A DNA stretch of 53,213 bases. Source: a virus. Its lineage: Duplodnaviria; Caudoviricetes. Every line of letters begins with the position of its first letter. Position 1 is the stretch's first letter. The notes under the pieces were generated by a model. It saw only the letters and a list, made by a program, of their open reading frames with translations, ran no database searches and was not told the DNA's origin. Both the position numbers and the translations under genes were made by a program. Positions 40,796-50,382 of the stretch are shown here, piece after piece. The DNA is taken from positions 1-53,213 of the IMG/VR virus record IMGVR_UViG_3300021406_000015; one strand, given 5' to 3'.

Positions 40796-42714
40796 TGCCC
40801 ATCCTTAATTACAGCCTCAACTTGCTGAGTACGCTTATTGTAAAGTTCATGCCCTTCTGGCTGACCTTCTGGACTTGGCCAGTTAGGATTTAGTTTCCAT
40901 TGTCCAGAATCTGGACTACCGCCACTACCCTGAAGTGCGGTTTGTAATTCTACTTTCTTCCCTTCAAGATTTGAGTGCGCAATAGCGACAAGCTGTTTAA
41001 ATATTGCATCAGGTAAAGCGCCTGTCTCCTGACGATCTAGCCATGCTTGAAAACTATTTGCAATACCGTAGTGCTGGACAAGATTATCGTAAGCGGCCTG
41101 ATTAAATCTTTTCTCAAGAGTGTTCTGAATAGTCGCAGCTACCTGTCTCTGTAATCCTGCCTTCACATCTGGGGGTGCTTTCATTGCCCGATCTGCAACA
41201 TCTACCAAAGCTTTCGCAGTGTCGTAATCATTACGCGCTGTCGTTACTTCCCGAGACAGTTTTGTGAACCCCGGTATTGCCGGTCCAATAGGCGATCTTG
41301 GCGTAGAGGCTGTTCCAGATGGCCTATGTTTTTCAGCCTCTTTCTTGAGTGTTGACGGAGAAGCTTGAGATCCAGAACTCGGTTTCGCAGCCGGTGTTCC
41401 TGTTTCTGCTGAAGGTCTTGCACCCGGAAACGTCTTAGTGCTTGTCCCTGTATGTGTAAACACATGAGGCTGATTGTTTTGATCGTAAACAAGGGTCTGC
41501 CCTGTAGTTGTGCTACTGGGAGTGTTCAACTGTTTATAGCGCGAGATTGCTTCAGAAGCTTGTTCTGGAGATAGTTGCTCTAAATCCTTACCGTAGGTAG
41601 CACGAATCCATTGTGCTTCTGCGGCAGTACTAGGATGTGCTGTCGATTTCGGCACCATCGTTTGGCCATTGAAATCGACTTCTTCAGGATCTTGGTCTGC
41701 GGCCATCGGAATACGCCAGTAATGTTCCTTACCATCAGCATCTTTTGTGGTTGCCAACTGAGAAAAATACTTTTCCTGACCAGCTTTTATTCCAGTAATG
41801 CTTTGCGCGAGTTCTTCAAACCATTTTCTTTGTTGCTCTGGTGGTGCATTAGGAAAGAGAGTCTTCAAATTCTTCATCTTTCCTTGGATAATAGCGAGAT
41901 CTCCAACGTTCTTTGCACCAGCCGCTGTTGTTGCAGCCTGAGCAGGAGATGGCGGGGCGGCTGCGGCAATTCCTTGTGCGGTGTGCTGATCCGCTGCGGT
42001 ATTTGCGGCTTGTTGTGTTTCCTGTTTTGCAATATTCTTTGGAATCTTTCCACGATTATGAAGACGGGTGGCATAAGCATCTGCTTCTTCGGCGGATGCA
42101 AACTTTCCTAGATTTTCCCCGGTCTTGAGATAGTGATCCCAAGCAGCTTTGAACATGGCTTTTTCAGCATCACTTCCCTCTGGCGGTTTTTTACCATCAG
42201 GAGTCAGAAACTTACCATTAACCACAGTCGGTACGAGAACTTCGTGTCCTTTGTCGTCCTGAAATGAAGTTGAATATTCGGAACTGTACGTGCCGTCCGG
42301 ATTCTGGACAGATGGCCGATCCCAAATTTGGATGTTTCCAGCCTCCACTAACCCCTTGGGGTTGGGGATGACCATCGTTGCTGTTGGGGTTGGCTTTGTG
42401 ATGTGCAAAGCGTCGGTTAGGATGTGGCCAAACTTCTGAATTGCGCCCGGACTCTTCTGTGGGTGATACAACTCCCTCATATCTTCCACGTTCTGCTGAA
42501 GCGCCTTCATTGCCTCTTGATATTGCGGAGTCGGCTGACCTTTTTCGTCAAGAAGCGTTGGGAGTTTGGATTGTAGATCGAGACGATTCTGAGCTAGCTC
42601 ATGAGCCTTGCTGACAAATTCCTCGTCAGACAGAGCTTGCTTGCGAGCACGGGCCTCACCACCACGCTGAAGACCTTGCTGGTATCCGGTATTAAAAACT
42701 TCAGCATTGGCCAT
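40777..42714 (-). CDS. probable internal virion (ejection) protein
   Basis: 645 aa, Ala/Gln-rich with an inserted globular segment; synteny. Confidence 0.6.
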   Translation of the reverse strand: MANAEVFNTGYQQGLQRGGEARARKQALSDEEFVSKAHELAQNRLDLQSKLPTLLDEKGQPTPQYQEAMKALQQNVEDMRELYHPQKSPGAIQKFGHILTDALHITKPTPTATMVIPNPKGLVEAGNIQIWDRPSVQNPDGTYSSEYSTSFQDDKGHEVLVPTVVNGKFLTPDGKKPPEGSDAEKAMFKAAWDHYLKTGENLGKFASAEEADAYATRLHNRGKIPKNIAKQETQQAANTAADQHTAQGIAAAAPPSPAQAATTAAGAKNVGDLAIIQGKMKNLKTLFPNAPPEQQRKWFEELAQSITGIKAGQEKYFSQLATTKDADGKEHYWRIPMAADQDPEEVDFNGQTMVPKSTAHPSTAAEAQWIRATYGKDLEQLSPEQASEAISRYKQLNTPSSTTTGQTLVYDQNNQPHVFTHTGTSTKTFPGARPSAETGTPAAKPSSGSQASPSTLKKEAEKHRPSGTASTPRSPIGPAIPGFTKLSREVTTARNDYDTAKALVDVADRAMKAPPDVKAGLQRQVAATIQNTLEKRFNQAAYDNLVQHYGIANSFQAWLDRQETGALPDAIFKQLVAIAHSNLEGKKVELQTALQGSGGSPDSGQWKLNPNWPSPEGQPEGHELYNKRTQQVEAVIKDGQWSPPQ

Positions 42715-42718
42715 TACC

Positions 42719-42976
42719 CTACCTCTTGCCCGTAACCTTCTTGTGATGCGCTTTTCTGTACTTTTTCGCCGTCTTCACTGGAAGAACTTCTTCGTTCTTG
42801 TGAACTCGGGCAATGCCGGTCTTCTTCACCCTGCCGCCTTTTTTGTAGGAAGGAATATCTTTGCCAATGTCTTTGCCAAATCCACCGGTAGTGTCTTTTG
42901 TGTTGTTGCCCTTCCCGCCTTTACCTTTTCCCATCCCCTGTTTGAAATCGGCTTCGAAAGCATCCTGATTAGCCAT
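42719..42976 (-). CDS. small basic protein
   Basis: AAGGAAGGGG RBS; YKKGGRVKKTG...HKNEEVLP. Confidence 0.6.
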   Translation of the reverse strand: MANQDAFEADFKQGMGKGKGGKGNNTKDTTGGFGKDIGKDIPSYKKGGRVKKTGIARVHKNEEVLPVKTAKKYRKAHHKKVTGKR

Positions 42977-42995
42977 TGATCCCCTTCCTTTGCAA

Positions 42996-43508
42996 CTAGA
43001 TCTTACCGAGTCCAAATCCCTCTGCGAAGCCTGCGCCTTGGGTGAGACCCATTCCGAGGATGGAGTTTGACCAGTTTTGCATTCTCTGAGCATCTGCTTG
43101 ATCTTGTGCTTGGTAAGCTCCGATACCTGTATTCAGGAGACTACTTCCCAAACTGCTGGCATTACCCAGTGCCCCGCTCGTCAACGATGAAACTAGATCA
43201 TTGATGCTGCTACGCGCCTTATCGCCTGCTGTCTGATTCGCAGAATTTGTGCCACCGCTTCTATTGTGGAATTGCGCCGTACTATTAAGTTGTTGCTGTT
43301 TTGCGCCCTGAATAGCGCTCGTTTGAGGCGCTAAGAGCTTCCCTATTTTCGCGCTGTCCCCTGAAAGAAGGGCAGAATTGAATGCGGAAGCTTGGGAAAG
43401 GTTCTGCTCCCCGAGCGAAGTCGCGAAGCCACCAATACTCCCAAACTTATTGATGTTTGAGTTCAGCACGGGCGAACTTCCACCAAATAGGCTACTGAAG
43501 AACCCCAT
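42996..43508 (-). CDS. probable DNA-transfer/pilot protein (P22 gp7-like position)
   Basis: MGFFSSLFGG start; Gly/Ser/Ala/Gln-rich. Confidence 0.6.
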   Translation of the reverse strand: MGFFSSLFGGSSPVLNSNINKFGSIGGFATSLGEQNLSQASAFNSALLSGDSAKIGKLLAPQTSAIQGAKQQQLNSTAQFHNRSGGTNSANQTAGDKARSSINDLVSSLTSGALGNASSLGSSLLNTGIGAYQAQDQADAQRMQNWSNSILGMGLTQGAGFAEGFGLGKI

Positions 43509-43622
43509 AGGAGCGTCTCCTGCGCCGCGCTCCCGGACGGGCATTCTCGTAAATCGATGATATAATTGAGGGTGTCGAGCGGTTGGACGCTCGAATTTCA
43601 CCTCATCGCTGAAAGGAGCGAC

Positions 43623-44360
43623 ATGGCACCCTCGCCTGCAACATTATATCCCCAAACCATTGAGACACAAGCAGAATCCACGCTAAAGACTTGCCGGATA
43701 TGCAGAATTCCTCTTCCTTACTCATGCTTCACCAGAAATGTCAGAGAGCGGGACGGATTTGAATCTCGCTGCAAATCCTGCACAGATGCCTACTATGACC
43801 AGTTGCGGGTCAAACACGCACTCGCCAGCAATCTACCTCTCGTGAAAATTTGCGCGAGATGCGGCATCGAGAAATCAGTGCTTGATTTTTACAAAACTAA
43901 ATTCTCGTCTGATGGAAGAAGATGTGAATGCAAATTATGCATAGGGCTCGCCTCCGCAGAAAGGTGGAAGGTAAACCCGCGTCCTCCGGAACTAAATAGA
44001 AAGAAAAACCTTGATTGGCGTACAGCCAATAAAACATACGTCAAGAAAAGGTCGCAAGAGTTACATTTTGATCGCTATAGTGCCAGCCGTGAATGGTATG
44101 AAATACAACTTGCCGACCAAGGCGGCGGGTGTGCTATTTGCGGTACAACAGTTCCAAAAGGAGCAGGGAATAGATTCCATATTGACCATGATCATAAATG
44201 CTGTCCACAAGCTGGTCGCGCCTGCGACAAATGTCGTCGTGGATTGCTTTGTAGTACATGCAATCTTGCTTTAGAGCGTATAGAGTCTATTCCCGGATGG
44301 GGCGAAAAAGCCACCGCCTACCTCGACAAGTACCGCCTTCATGTACAAGCTGCGGATTAA
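43623..44360 (+). CDS. endonuclease VII-like HNH homing nuclease, inverted within the structural operon
   Basis: CxxC repeats; QGGGCAICG, IDHDH.CC, RGLLCSTCN. Confidence 0.85.
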   Translation: MAPSPATLYPQTIETQAESTLKTCRICRIPLPYSCFTRNVRERDGFESRCKSCTDAYYDQLRVKHALASNLPLVKICARCGIEKSVLDFYKTKFSSDGRRCECKLCIGLASAERWKVNPRPPELNRKKNLDWRTANKTYVKKRSQELHFDRYSASREWYEIQLADQGGGCAICGTTVPKGAGNRFHIDHDHKCCPQAGRACDKCRRGLLCSTCNLALERIESIPGWGEKATAYLDKYRLHVQAAD

Positions 44361-45118
44361 GTGGCCTGTACCTGAGCAGTGAGTATGCCGTTCGTAAAAA
44401 TCATTGAACCTTGCGTCCCTCCACCCGTCAGAGCCGCAGTCGTGATCGTTACACTCAATCCAGCGGTAGGAAGCTGGCTCGTTGCTAAATTGCCGCTTAA
44501 GTCTGTAAAGGCTGGTTGCGTCTGGCTGAATGTCCCCGAATTTGCGTTATATGCATTGATCCACTCATGTGCAACCGCAGGCGTGTTTTGAGGCACAACG
44601 GGCAACGCAGTAGCCCACCATAAGCTTGCTGAGTAAACGACTATAGCGGTGTAGTTCTGTGGTAGTGGGAACGAGGCCGAACCATTGACTGTCCCTGTTG
44701 TCGGGGTGAGGGTACAGAGCCCAGCACCGAGGTTCGTAATAAAGCATAAAAACGGTGAGGTGATGACACTGTTCAGCGAGATCGCCACGGGCGAAGCATC
44801 GTTTACTACAATCAATGCGCCGGAGTCAGTTTGTTGAAGGGTATAGCTCGTGGCAGCTTCTTGGTTATTCGTTGTCCCTAACCCTGTAAAGTTGTTCGTG
44901 CTTCCGCCACTGCTCGATGATGAACTGGATGTCGTAGATGTGGTCGTCGTTGTGGCCGCAGCCGCAGTCTTCTGAAGCGCTGCCACCTTTGAGTTGAGAA
45001 GGACAATAGCCCTATCATTGTTGTTCAACCATGGGTAGATCCGTTGGATGTGAACGGTCACCTTCGGGTCCACACTCTTGTCTACTTGCGGATAATACGG
45101 CTGCGCTGGAGTTGACAT
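44357..45118 (-). CDS. probable tail-associated structural protein
   Basis: short coiled coil, Thr/Ser linker, beta-rich C-terminus. Confidence 0.6.
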   Translation of the reverse strand: MSTPAQPYYPQVDKSVDPKVTVHIQRIYPWLNNNDRAIVLLNSKVAALQKTAAAATTTTTSTTSSSSSSSGGSTNNFTGLGTTNNQEAATSYTLQQTDSGALIVVNDASPVAISLNSVITSPFLCFITNLGAGLCTLTPTTGTVNGSASFPLPQNYTAIVVYSASLWWATALPVVPQNTPAVAHEWINAYNANSGTFSQTQPAFTDLSGNLATSQLPTAGLSVTITTAALTGGGTQGSMIFTNGILTAQVQAT

Positions 45119-45255
45119 TTATTTTGCCCTCCGCTGTGCTCGTGCAGCGCATGTAGCGCAGAGACCGTTGTCTGGCGGCTTGATCTGCACCGCTCCACAG
45201 CGCGTGCAGCGGCGCTTTTGAATTGTAATGTGCTTTGCCATTCTACGACCTCAAA

Positions 45256-48200
45256 TTATATAGCGGCATCTGGTGATCCTTCCGGCCCTCCAAAAGGAGT
45301 GATAATTTGGTAGTTTGCACTACTGCCCCACCACTTGACTTTTGCTTCACACCTACTCTTGAACAGAAAGAATGGCGATGCAGAACTCAAACGGTAAGCA
45401 ATCAGTTTGAACTTGTTTGCTGGAATCGGCGTCTTATACTTCGTCTGCAATCCTCCAGATGCCGGAATGGTCAATGTAATGGTCGGGAGTCCATCTGTCG
45501 GTCCACCACGAAAATCGAGTTCAAGAGTGAGATCAGTCGTGGACGCGTATGCGATATTCATTTCACGAATATGTTGCCATCCCATTAAACCATGTGATGT
45601 GTATTCACTCTGCCATTCGACCACGGATTCAGGATACGGCTCCATAACCCACTGACACTGCCATCCGAGATCGGGACCATGACGCCAGAGGACTCCATCT
45701 GTCGAGATGATTCTAACCTGATGGGCAAGGAACGGGGGTGTGAATGTAAGAGGGATAATCACCTGATGGGCAGCGGTTATCGGTGATTCATTCGGTGTGA
45801 AAATCGCGAAATCGTCTGATCTCTGAATTGCAATAGCTTTAGCATTGCTAAAGGTATTGGCCTCCAGAAGAAGGCCTTGAATAAACTTGTTCCCCGGCGT
45901 TCCGCAGTCCTCCCATACAGTTGGACGATCCTGCGTAGCCTCTGGGAACACTGAAAATGACGGTTGCCAGAGGTCCAAGACGTTCCCGGCTGCTGTAGGC
46001 CAATTGAGCACCATGCCTACGTCGATCAACTCATCACCATAGCCATCGATGAAGTCGATGATGTACGGAAGCAACCCTCCTGTGGTTCCTGCTAGTGCTG
46101 CTGGGGAAAAACCAGTAATCGTCGTACCATACCGGTTGGCGTACAAAGCAACATTGATCACGCTTGTCGGCTGTACGATAGCCTTGATGAAGATATCGCC
46201 AAGACGCTTGAATGCGCGTGCATCACCAGCATTCTGTGACCCTGTGGCAACTACGGAAACCGCAACCTCCGGGTTGCCAGATCCAAACAGCCGTACACTT
46301 CCATCTGTGCAGCCAACCATTACCGTATCTGTGTTTGGACCTTTCTCCCATGCGTGTGTTGTGACTGGGAACTGATAAACATCCGGCACCCATCCCTTAC
46401 CAATTAGGTCAAATACTAGCGTTCTTGGAGTTCCGGTCGCATCAGCGTAATCGTAATACAGAACCGTATCCGCGTAAGTTAGCTGCTGCGCCTCTGGAAT
46501 ATCGTCATTGGGAGGGTAGATCGTGTATGCACCAATTGTGATCGGTTGAGGGACAACGCCTTCGCGCGGAAACAGGTTGTAAATGTCGTTGGTGATGCAA
46601 ACATCCTGACCGCCGAATTCGCAGGCATAGATACCGTCTTTTGCGCGGAAAAAGGCTGTATCCCCACCGTCTGTGCAGACGCAGTTTGGAATATACAGGC
46701 CCTTAGATCCTGTCGCTTCAACAACGTTGAACGGTGTTCCTTCTACGCCCTCTACCGTAGCCAGTGCTTGATCGTATGTTGGATAGATCAGCCACCGTCT
46801 TTCTGCCGTCCATACCATCGACATTGCGGCAGTTTTTACGCCATTGATCAGAGCTTCATCCGGAGACGTAACGGGAATCTGATTCGTCTGTGGTGCAGAA
46901 TCTGGATTGTTTCCCTTGGTGAAATACAAGGTTCCGGGATTAAGTTCATCGCCCACCGCAAACATATACGCAACGTTGTCTGTCGGCCCCCATAGATACG
47001 GCAGGGGTTGAGCCGCAAGATCGGGTTCAGGAATCTCGTAGGCAAGATTTGTTCCGTCAGGGACTCCCGGAATAATCATCGTTGTAGTTGAAGTCGGTCT
47101 CGAATAGAGTGAATATGCCAGTGACGTCGGAGAACCAATCTGAATCAGTGTTCCCGGTAACCAACGAGTGTTGAATTGATCTCCGGAAACCCACGTAATC
47201 TGTCCACCGGTTACATTGATGATTCCTTTGTGTGGCAGATCGATTACGGGGAATGGTTCGTAGTTATCGAAGTCCAGAATCTGGTTTGCCGCGACTTCAA
47301 GGTCCGTCAATTCGTCGGTGATCGGTGTAGGCGGTTCTGTGTTAGGTCCTGTTGCAACATACGTGAAGTTGTCTAATCCTTCATCGATACGGTAATAATC
47401 AATCACGTCTACTTGCGGGTCTGGGGAATAGACAGGCGTTACTGTATTGGCAAGAACTGGCGTTGACTGACTTGGTGACTCCGGAGATGGGTTCGACACC
47501 GCACCGGTTGCAGTGCTCCGATAAACATAGCGATATGAAACCCCAGTCCTTACCCCAATCGGCAGTGGTGGAATTGTCGGAGAGTTCGGCGATGTCGATA
47601 CCGCCGTCATGATCAATGTAGCCTGATCTTTGTCCCAGTAGTCCCAATCGATTTCTACGTCATAAACGCCTGTAGCCGGGAATGTGATATTGAGGTTCGT
47701 GGTCAGCGCAGGACTGGTATCGCTGCCGCTTGTTCCACCTCCTACAAACAAAATCGGTAGAGAACTAAGGACAGTGATCGTCTGTCCGCGTGATGCTGGT
47801 ACTGCTGCTGCTCCACCAGTGACGGTCGCAGAAGCACCGCCACTGATGCCGAACATGATTTGATCTTTGTATTGCAATGAGAACTGATACGTTCCAGCGG
47901 TCGGAACAAATAAGCTTCCAGTCACGCATGCGTTGAAGTCTTGATACCCTTCTGTTTCCAAGGCGGGATTGAAAAGCTGGATCGTGCTTGCAACTGATCC
48001 ATCTGGATTCAGGACATTCCAGTTTACCGGCGTTGTGTTGTTCGTCGGCGATTGCATCGACCACGAGTTGTTGGTTGGTGACGTGTCCGGGACTGGATCT
48101 GTCAGTGATCTTGGCATGCCAGAACCGGTATCGTTCGGATTCTTCCAGATGTACTCGCCAACTGGACCGCTATGTGGAGATCCGCCGCCTGCGGGAGGAG

Positions 48201-49320
48201 GTGTTCCCCAAACATTTGCTGTCACGTTGCCAAGAGTAGAAATGACCGTCGCAATCGCTGCTACCGTCACCGACCAATTGACGGTAAAATTTCCGCTATT
48301 TGCGGAAAACGAGTTCGCCGATGAATCAATACCGATTTGAAGCTGAGAGGCTCCACTCGGCACCGTTACCGTTGTTCCGGCACCTATGAAGAATACGAGA
48401 GGCAGAGACCCGCCCGGAGCAACAACATTTCCTGCGGTGTCAGTGAAAGCTCCAACAATGATGGACGGAGTTCCGGATATGCCGCTGGTACCACCGGGAT
48501 ACGTTGGGCCAGTAGGACCAGCAGTTGCAGGCGTGGCCGCTGGATTACCGTTAACTGTTGCAGTCCCGGTGACTGTCAATGTAATCGTAGAACCCGCAAT
48601 CAACTCCGGCGCATCACCTGTGATGATGACTGGAGCCGTTCCATCGGATGCATTTGTCTGACCGTAGTTATACGGCGATGGGTTCGCACCGCCTACGTTC
48701 GTCCACGGGATGGTAGTGGCAGGAAGATCGTCAGTCCCGGTTGTCGTTGTGTCCTGCGTTGTTACTGTCGGGGCAATCTGGGGCTCTTCGATACCAGTCT
48801 TAAAAATTAAACCATCTGACCGCACCTTGGTTGCGCCAAAACAGTACGATGTTGGAGTAACCGCAAGAGGGTAAGTCGTCGGTCCGTTGTCGATCAGAAA
48901 CTTCGTTGTAATCGTTACATCTTCTGACGGATCTCCTGTGTATATCCACGGCTGTACGGAGGCATTTGGGCGGAATGGGCAAAAGGCAATCTCGTTTCCA
49001 CTATAGCCAGTGCCTATTCTGTTGCCAGCAACATACATCGCTCCTGCTGCACCGATGACCCGGATGAAGCCCCCCGCAGGTCCACCCGGTGTAGTGTCGT
49101 TCAGAATTGTGAGACTGTTGATCGGGGTAGGAAGCGCAGAGTAAATCGCTGCACCCTCTGTTGAACGCGAAACGATTTGACCTTGTTTAAGAGCCCGGAT
49201 GTTTTGCAAATAAGAATACTTATTCGGTTCAAGAGAATCGAGCGGGTGTACAGTGTCTATTCCACCCGGCTGAAATCTTTGTCCGTTTTTGTCGCGTTCG
49301 TATTGTTGTGGTTGAGCCAT
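45256..49320 (-). CDS. large tail protein (nozzle/stabilisation-like) with inserted beta-sandwich domains
   Basis: 1354 aa, beta-rich; follows adaptor-like gene; a PA14-like segment (GSLFVPTAGTYQF...GVYDVEIDW) is suspected. Confidence 0.65.
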   Translation of the reverse strand: MAQPQQYERDKNGQRFQPGGIDTVHPLDSLEPNKYSYLQNIRALKQGQIVSRSTEGAAIYSALPTPINSLTILNDTTPGGPAGGFIRVIGAAGAMYVAGNRIGTGYSGNEIAFCPFRPNASVQPWIYTGDPSEDVTITTKFLIDNGPTTYPLAVTPTSYCFGATKVRSDGLIFKTGIEEPQIAPTVTTQDTTTTGTDDLPATTIPWTNVGGANPSPYNYGQTNASDGTAPVIITGDAPELIAGSTITLTVTGTATVNGNPAATPATAGPTGPTYPGGTSGISGTPSIIVGAFTDTAGNVVAPGGSLPLVFFIGAGTTVTVPSGASQLQIGIDSSANSFSANSGNFTVNWSVTVAAIATVISTLGNVTANVWGTPPPAGGGSPHSGPVGEYIWKNPNDTGSGMPRSLTDPVPDTSPTNNSWSMQSPTNNTTPVNWNVLNPDGSVASTIQLFNPALETEGYQDFNACVTGSLFVPTAGTYQFSLQYKDQIMFGISGGASATVTGGAAAVPASRGQTITVLSSLPILFVGGGTSGSDTSPALTTNLNITFPATGVYDVEIDWDYWDKDQATLIMTAVSTSPNSPTIPPLPIGVRTGVSYRYVYRSTATGAVSNPSPESPSQSTPVLANTVTPVYSPDPQVDVIDYYRIDEGLDNFTYVATGPNTEPPTPITDELTDLEVAANQILDFDNYEPFPVIDLPHKGIINVTGGQITWVSGDQFNTRWLPGTLIQIGSPTSLAYSLYSRPTSTTTMIIPGVPDGTNLAYEIPEPDLAAQPLPYLWGPTDNVAYMFAVGDELNPGTLYFTKGNNPDSAPQTNQIPVTSPDEALINGVKTAAMSMVWTAERRWLIYPTYDQALATVEGVEGTPFNVVEATGSKGLYIPNCVCTDGGDTAFFRAKDGIYACEFGGQDVCITNDIYNLFPREGVVPQPITIGAYTIYPPNDDIPEAQQLTYADTVLYYDYADATGTPRTLVFDLIGKGWVPDVYQFPVTTHAWEKGPNTDTVMVGCTDGSVRLFGSGNPEVAVSVVATGSQNAGDARAFKRLGDIFIKAIVQPTSVINVALYANRYGTTITGFSPAALAGTTGGLLPYIIDFIDGYGDELIDVGMVLNWPTAAGNVLDLWQPSFSVFPEATQDRPTVWEDCGTPGNKFIQGLLLEANTFSNAKAIAIQRSDDFAIFTPNESPITAAHQVIIPLTFTPPFLAHQVRIISTDGVLWRHGPDLGWQCQWVMEPYPESVVEWQSEYTSHGLMGWQHIREMNIAYASTTDLTLELDFRGGPTDGLPTITLTIPASGGLQTKYKTPIPANKFKLIAYRLSSASPFFLFKSRCEAKVKWWGSSANYQIITPFGGPEGSPDAAI

Positions 49321-49374
49321 GGGAGCCGTTCTCCACCTTGTTCACTTTCACCCGGCTCCCGGACCGATGAAAGC

Positions 49375-50382
49375 TTATTTAGAAGTGCTGTACTCTTGTT
49401 CTCTGATGAATACACCACGTTGTTCTATAGTCGCACCATCTTTCATCTGATACGCAACAATTTCCGCGTCCTCCCTATCAAATATCGCTGCCCACATTCT
49501 ACTCTTGATCCACTTAAAATCACCATCGTTGCGCGTTCTCTTGCCTCTGACGTAACGTTTTAAGTCACCCTCTCCTTTTACGACCATAAACTGATCTGCT
49601 TCGCGTTCTCGCTTTTCTTTTAGTCTTCGCCTCTGACGCTGATCTGCCTGACATTTGTCTGTACAGAATTTTTGTGTTGGCTTAATGGTAAAGTATGTTT
49701 TGCCGCAAGAACACAGCTTCTCCTTCGGTTTTCGCTCTTCAATGATCTGCTCTATTGTTTTGCCTTGTTCAAGGTGATAATGCAACAACGATGGATCTAA
49801 ATCCAACTCTCTGGACCAATCAACGAATAGCTTTTCTTCACCAAGTGCCGCAATTCTTCGACTACTGCGTTTATTTCTAGCTTGATCGCCACGCGGAATC
49901 CATTTGCAGTTTCCCGGTTCATAATCGCCGTTTACATCTATTCTCTCGATGGTTAGTCCGCCAGATGGTCCCATATCATCATAGAAATTCTGAAAACTAT
50001 TTAACCATCGCCGACAGACGGTAATTCCTCTCCCACCGTAATCTTTATAGTGATGGAGATTTGGATTGAGACACCTTTCCTTCATAGCTATCCAACTATT
50101 CCACTCAGAAGTATGGCTCATGCCGTGGTCAACTTCTTTCACGACTTCTGCGTTATAGCAACCACAACTCTGACTGACACCATTCCGCAAATTACATCGG
50201 CTGATTTCTTTGATTGTTCCGCATTCACACTGGCATTTCCAATATATGTATCGCCCACGATTAGGCGCTCTTTTCAAAACAGTCCAACGGCCATAGTGTT
50301 CGCCAGTTAAATTTATAAATTTTCTACTCCAAGTATGCTGTTTGGTATTCTCAACCCAGTAAGGTTTGCCCCTTTCCCTCAT
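49375..50382 (-). CDS. HNH homing endonuclease (CxCxCG / YGGRGI family)
   Basis: CQCECG, SCGC, YGGRGITVC, TIERIDVNGDYEPGNCKW; start uncertain. Confidence 0.85.
   Translation of the reverse strand: MRERGKPYWVENTKQHTWSRKFINLTGEHYGRWTVLKRAPNRGRYIYWKCQCECGTIKEISRCNLRNGVSQSCGCYNAEVVKEVDHGMSHTSEWNSWIAMKERCLNPNLHHYKDYGGRGITVCRRWLNSFQNFYDDMGPSGGLTIERIDVNGDYEPGNCKWIPRGDQARNKRSSRRIAALGEEKLFVDWSRELDLDPSLLHYHLEQGKTIEQIIEERKPKEKLCSCGKTYFTIKPTQKFCTDKCQADQRQRRRLKEKREREADQFMVVKGEGDLKRYVRGKRTRNDGDFKWIKSRMWAAIFDREDAEIVAYQMKDGATIEQRGVFIREQEYSTSK

Larger units (their letters stand above)
2176..40915. repeat. dispersed 13-bp palindrome TCCAGAWTCTGGA, 12 perfect copies
   Basis: starts at 2176, 4680, 9028, 11634, 18637, 20523, 23653, 26630, 28659, 32025, 34911, 40903; one-mismatch copies also present. 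Confidence 0.9.

Noticed and set aside
43623-50382. group I introns or inteins around the HNH genes in the structural region
   Set aside because: Flanking genes are complete separate ORFs; no intron core or intein terminal motifs were recognised
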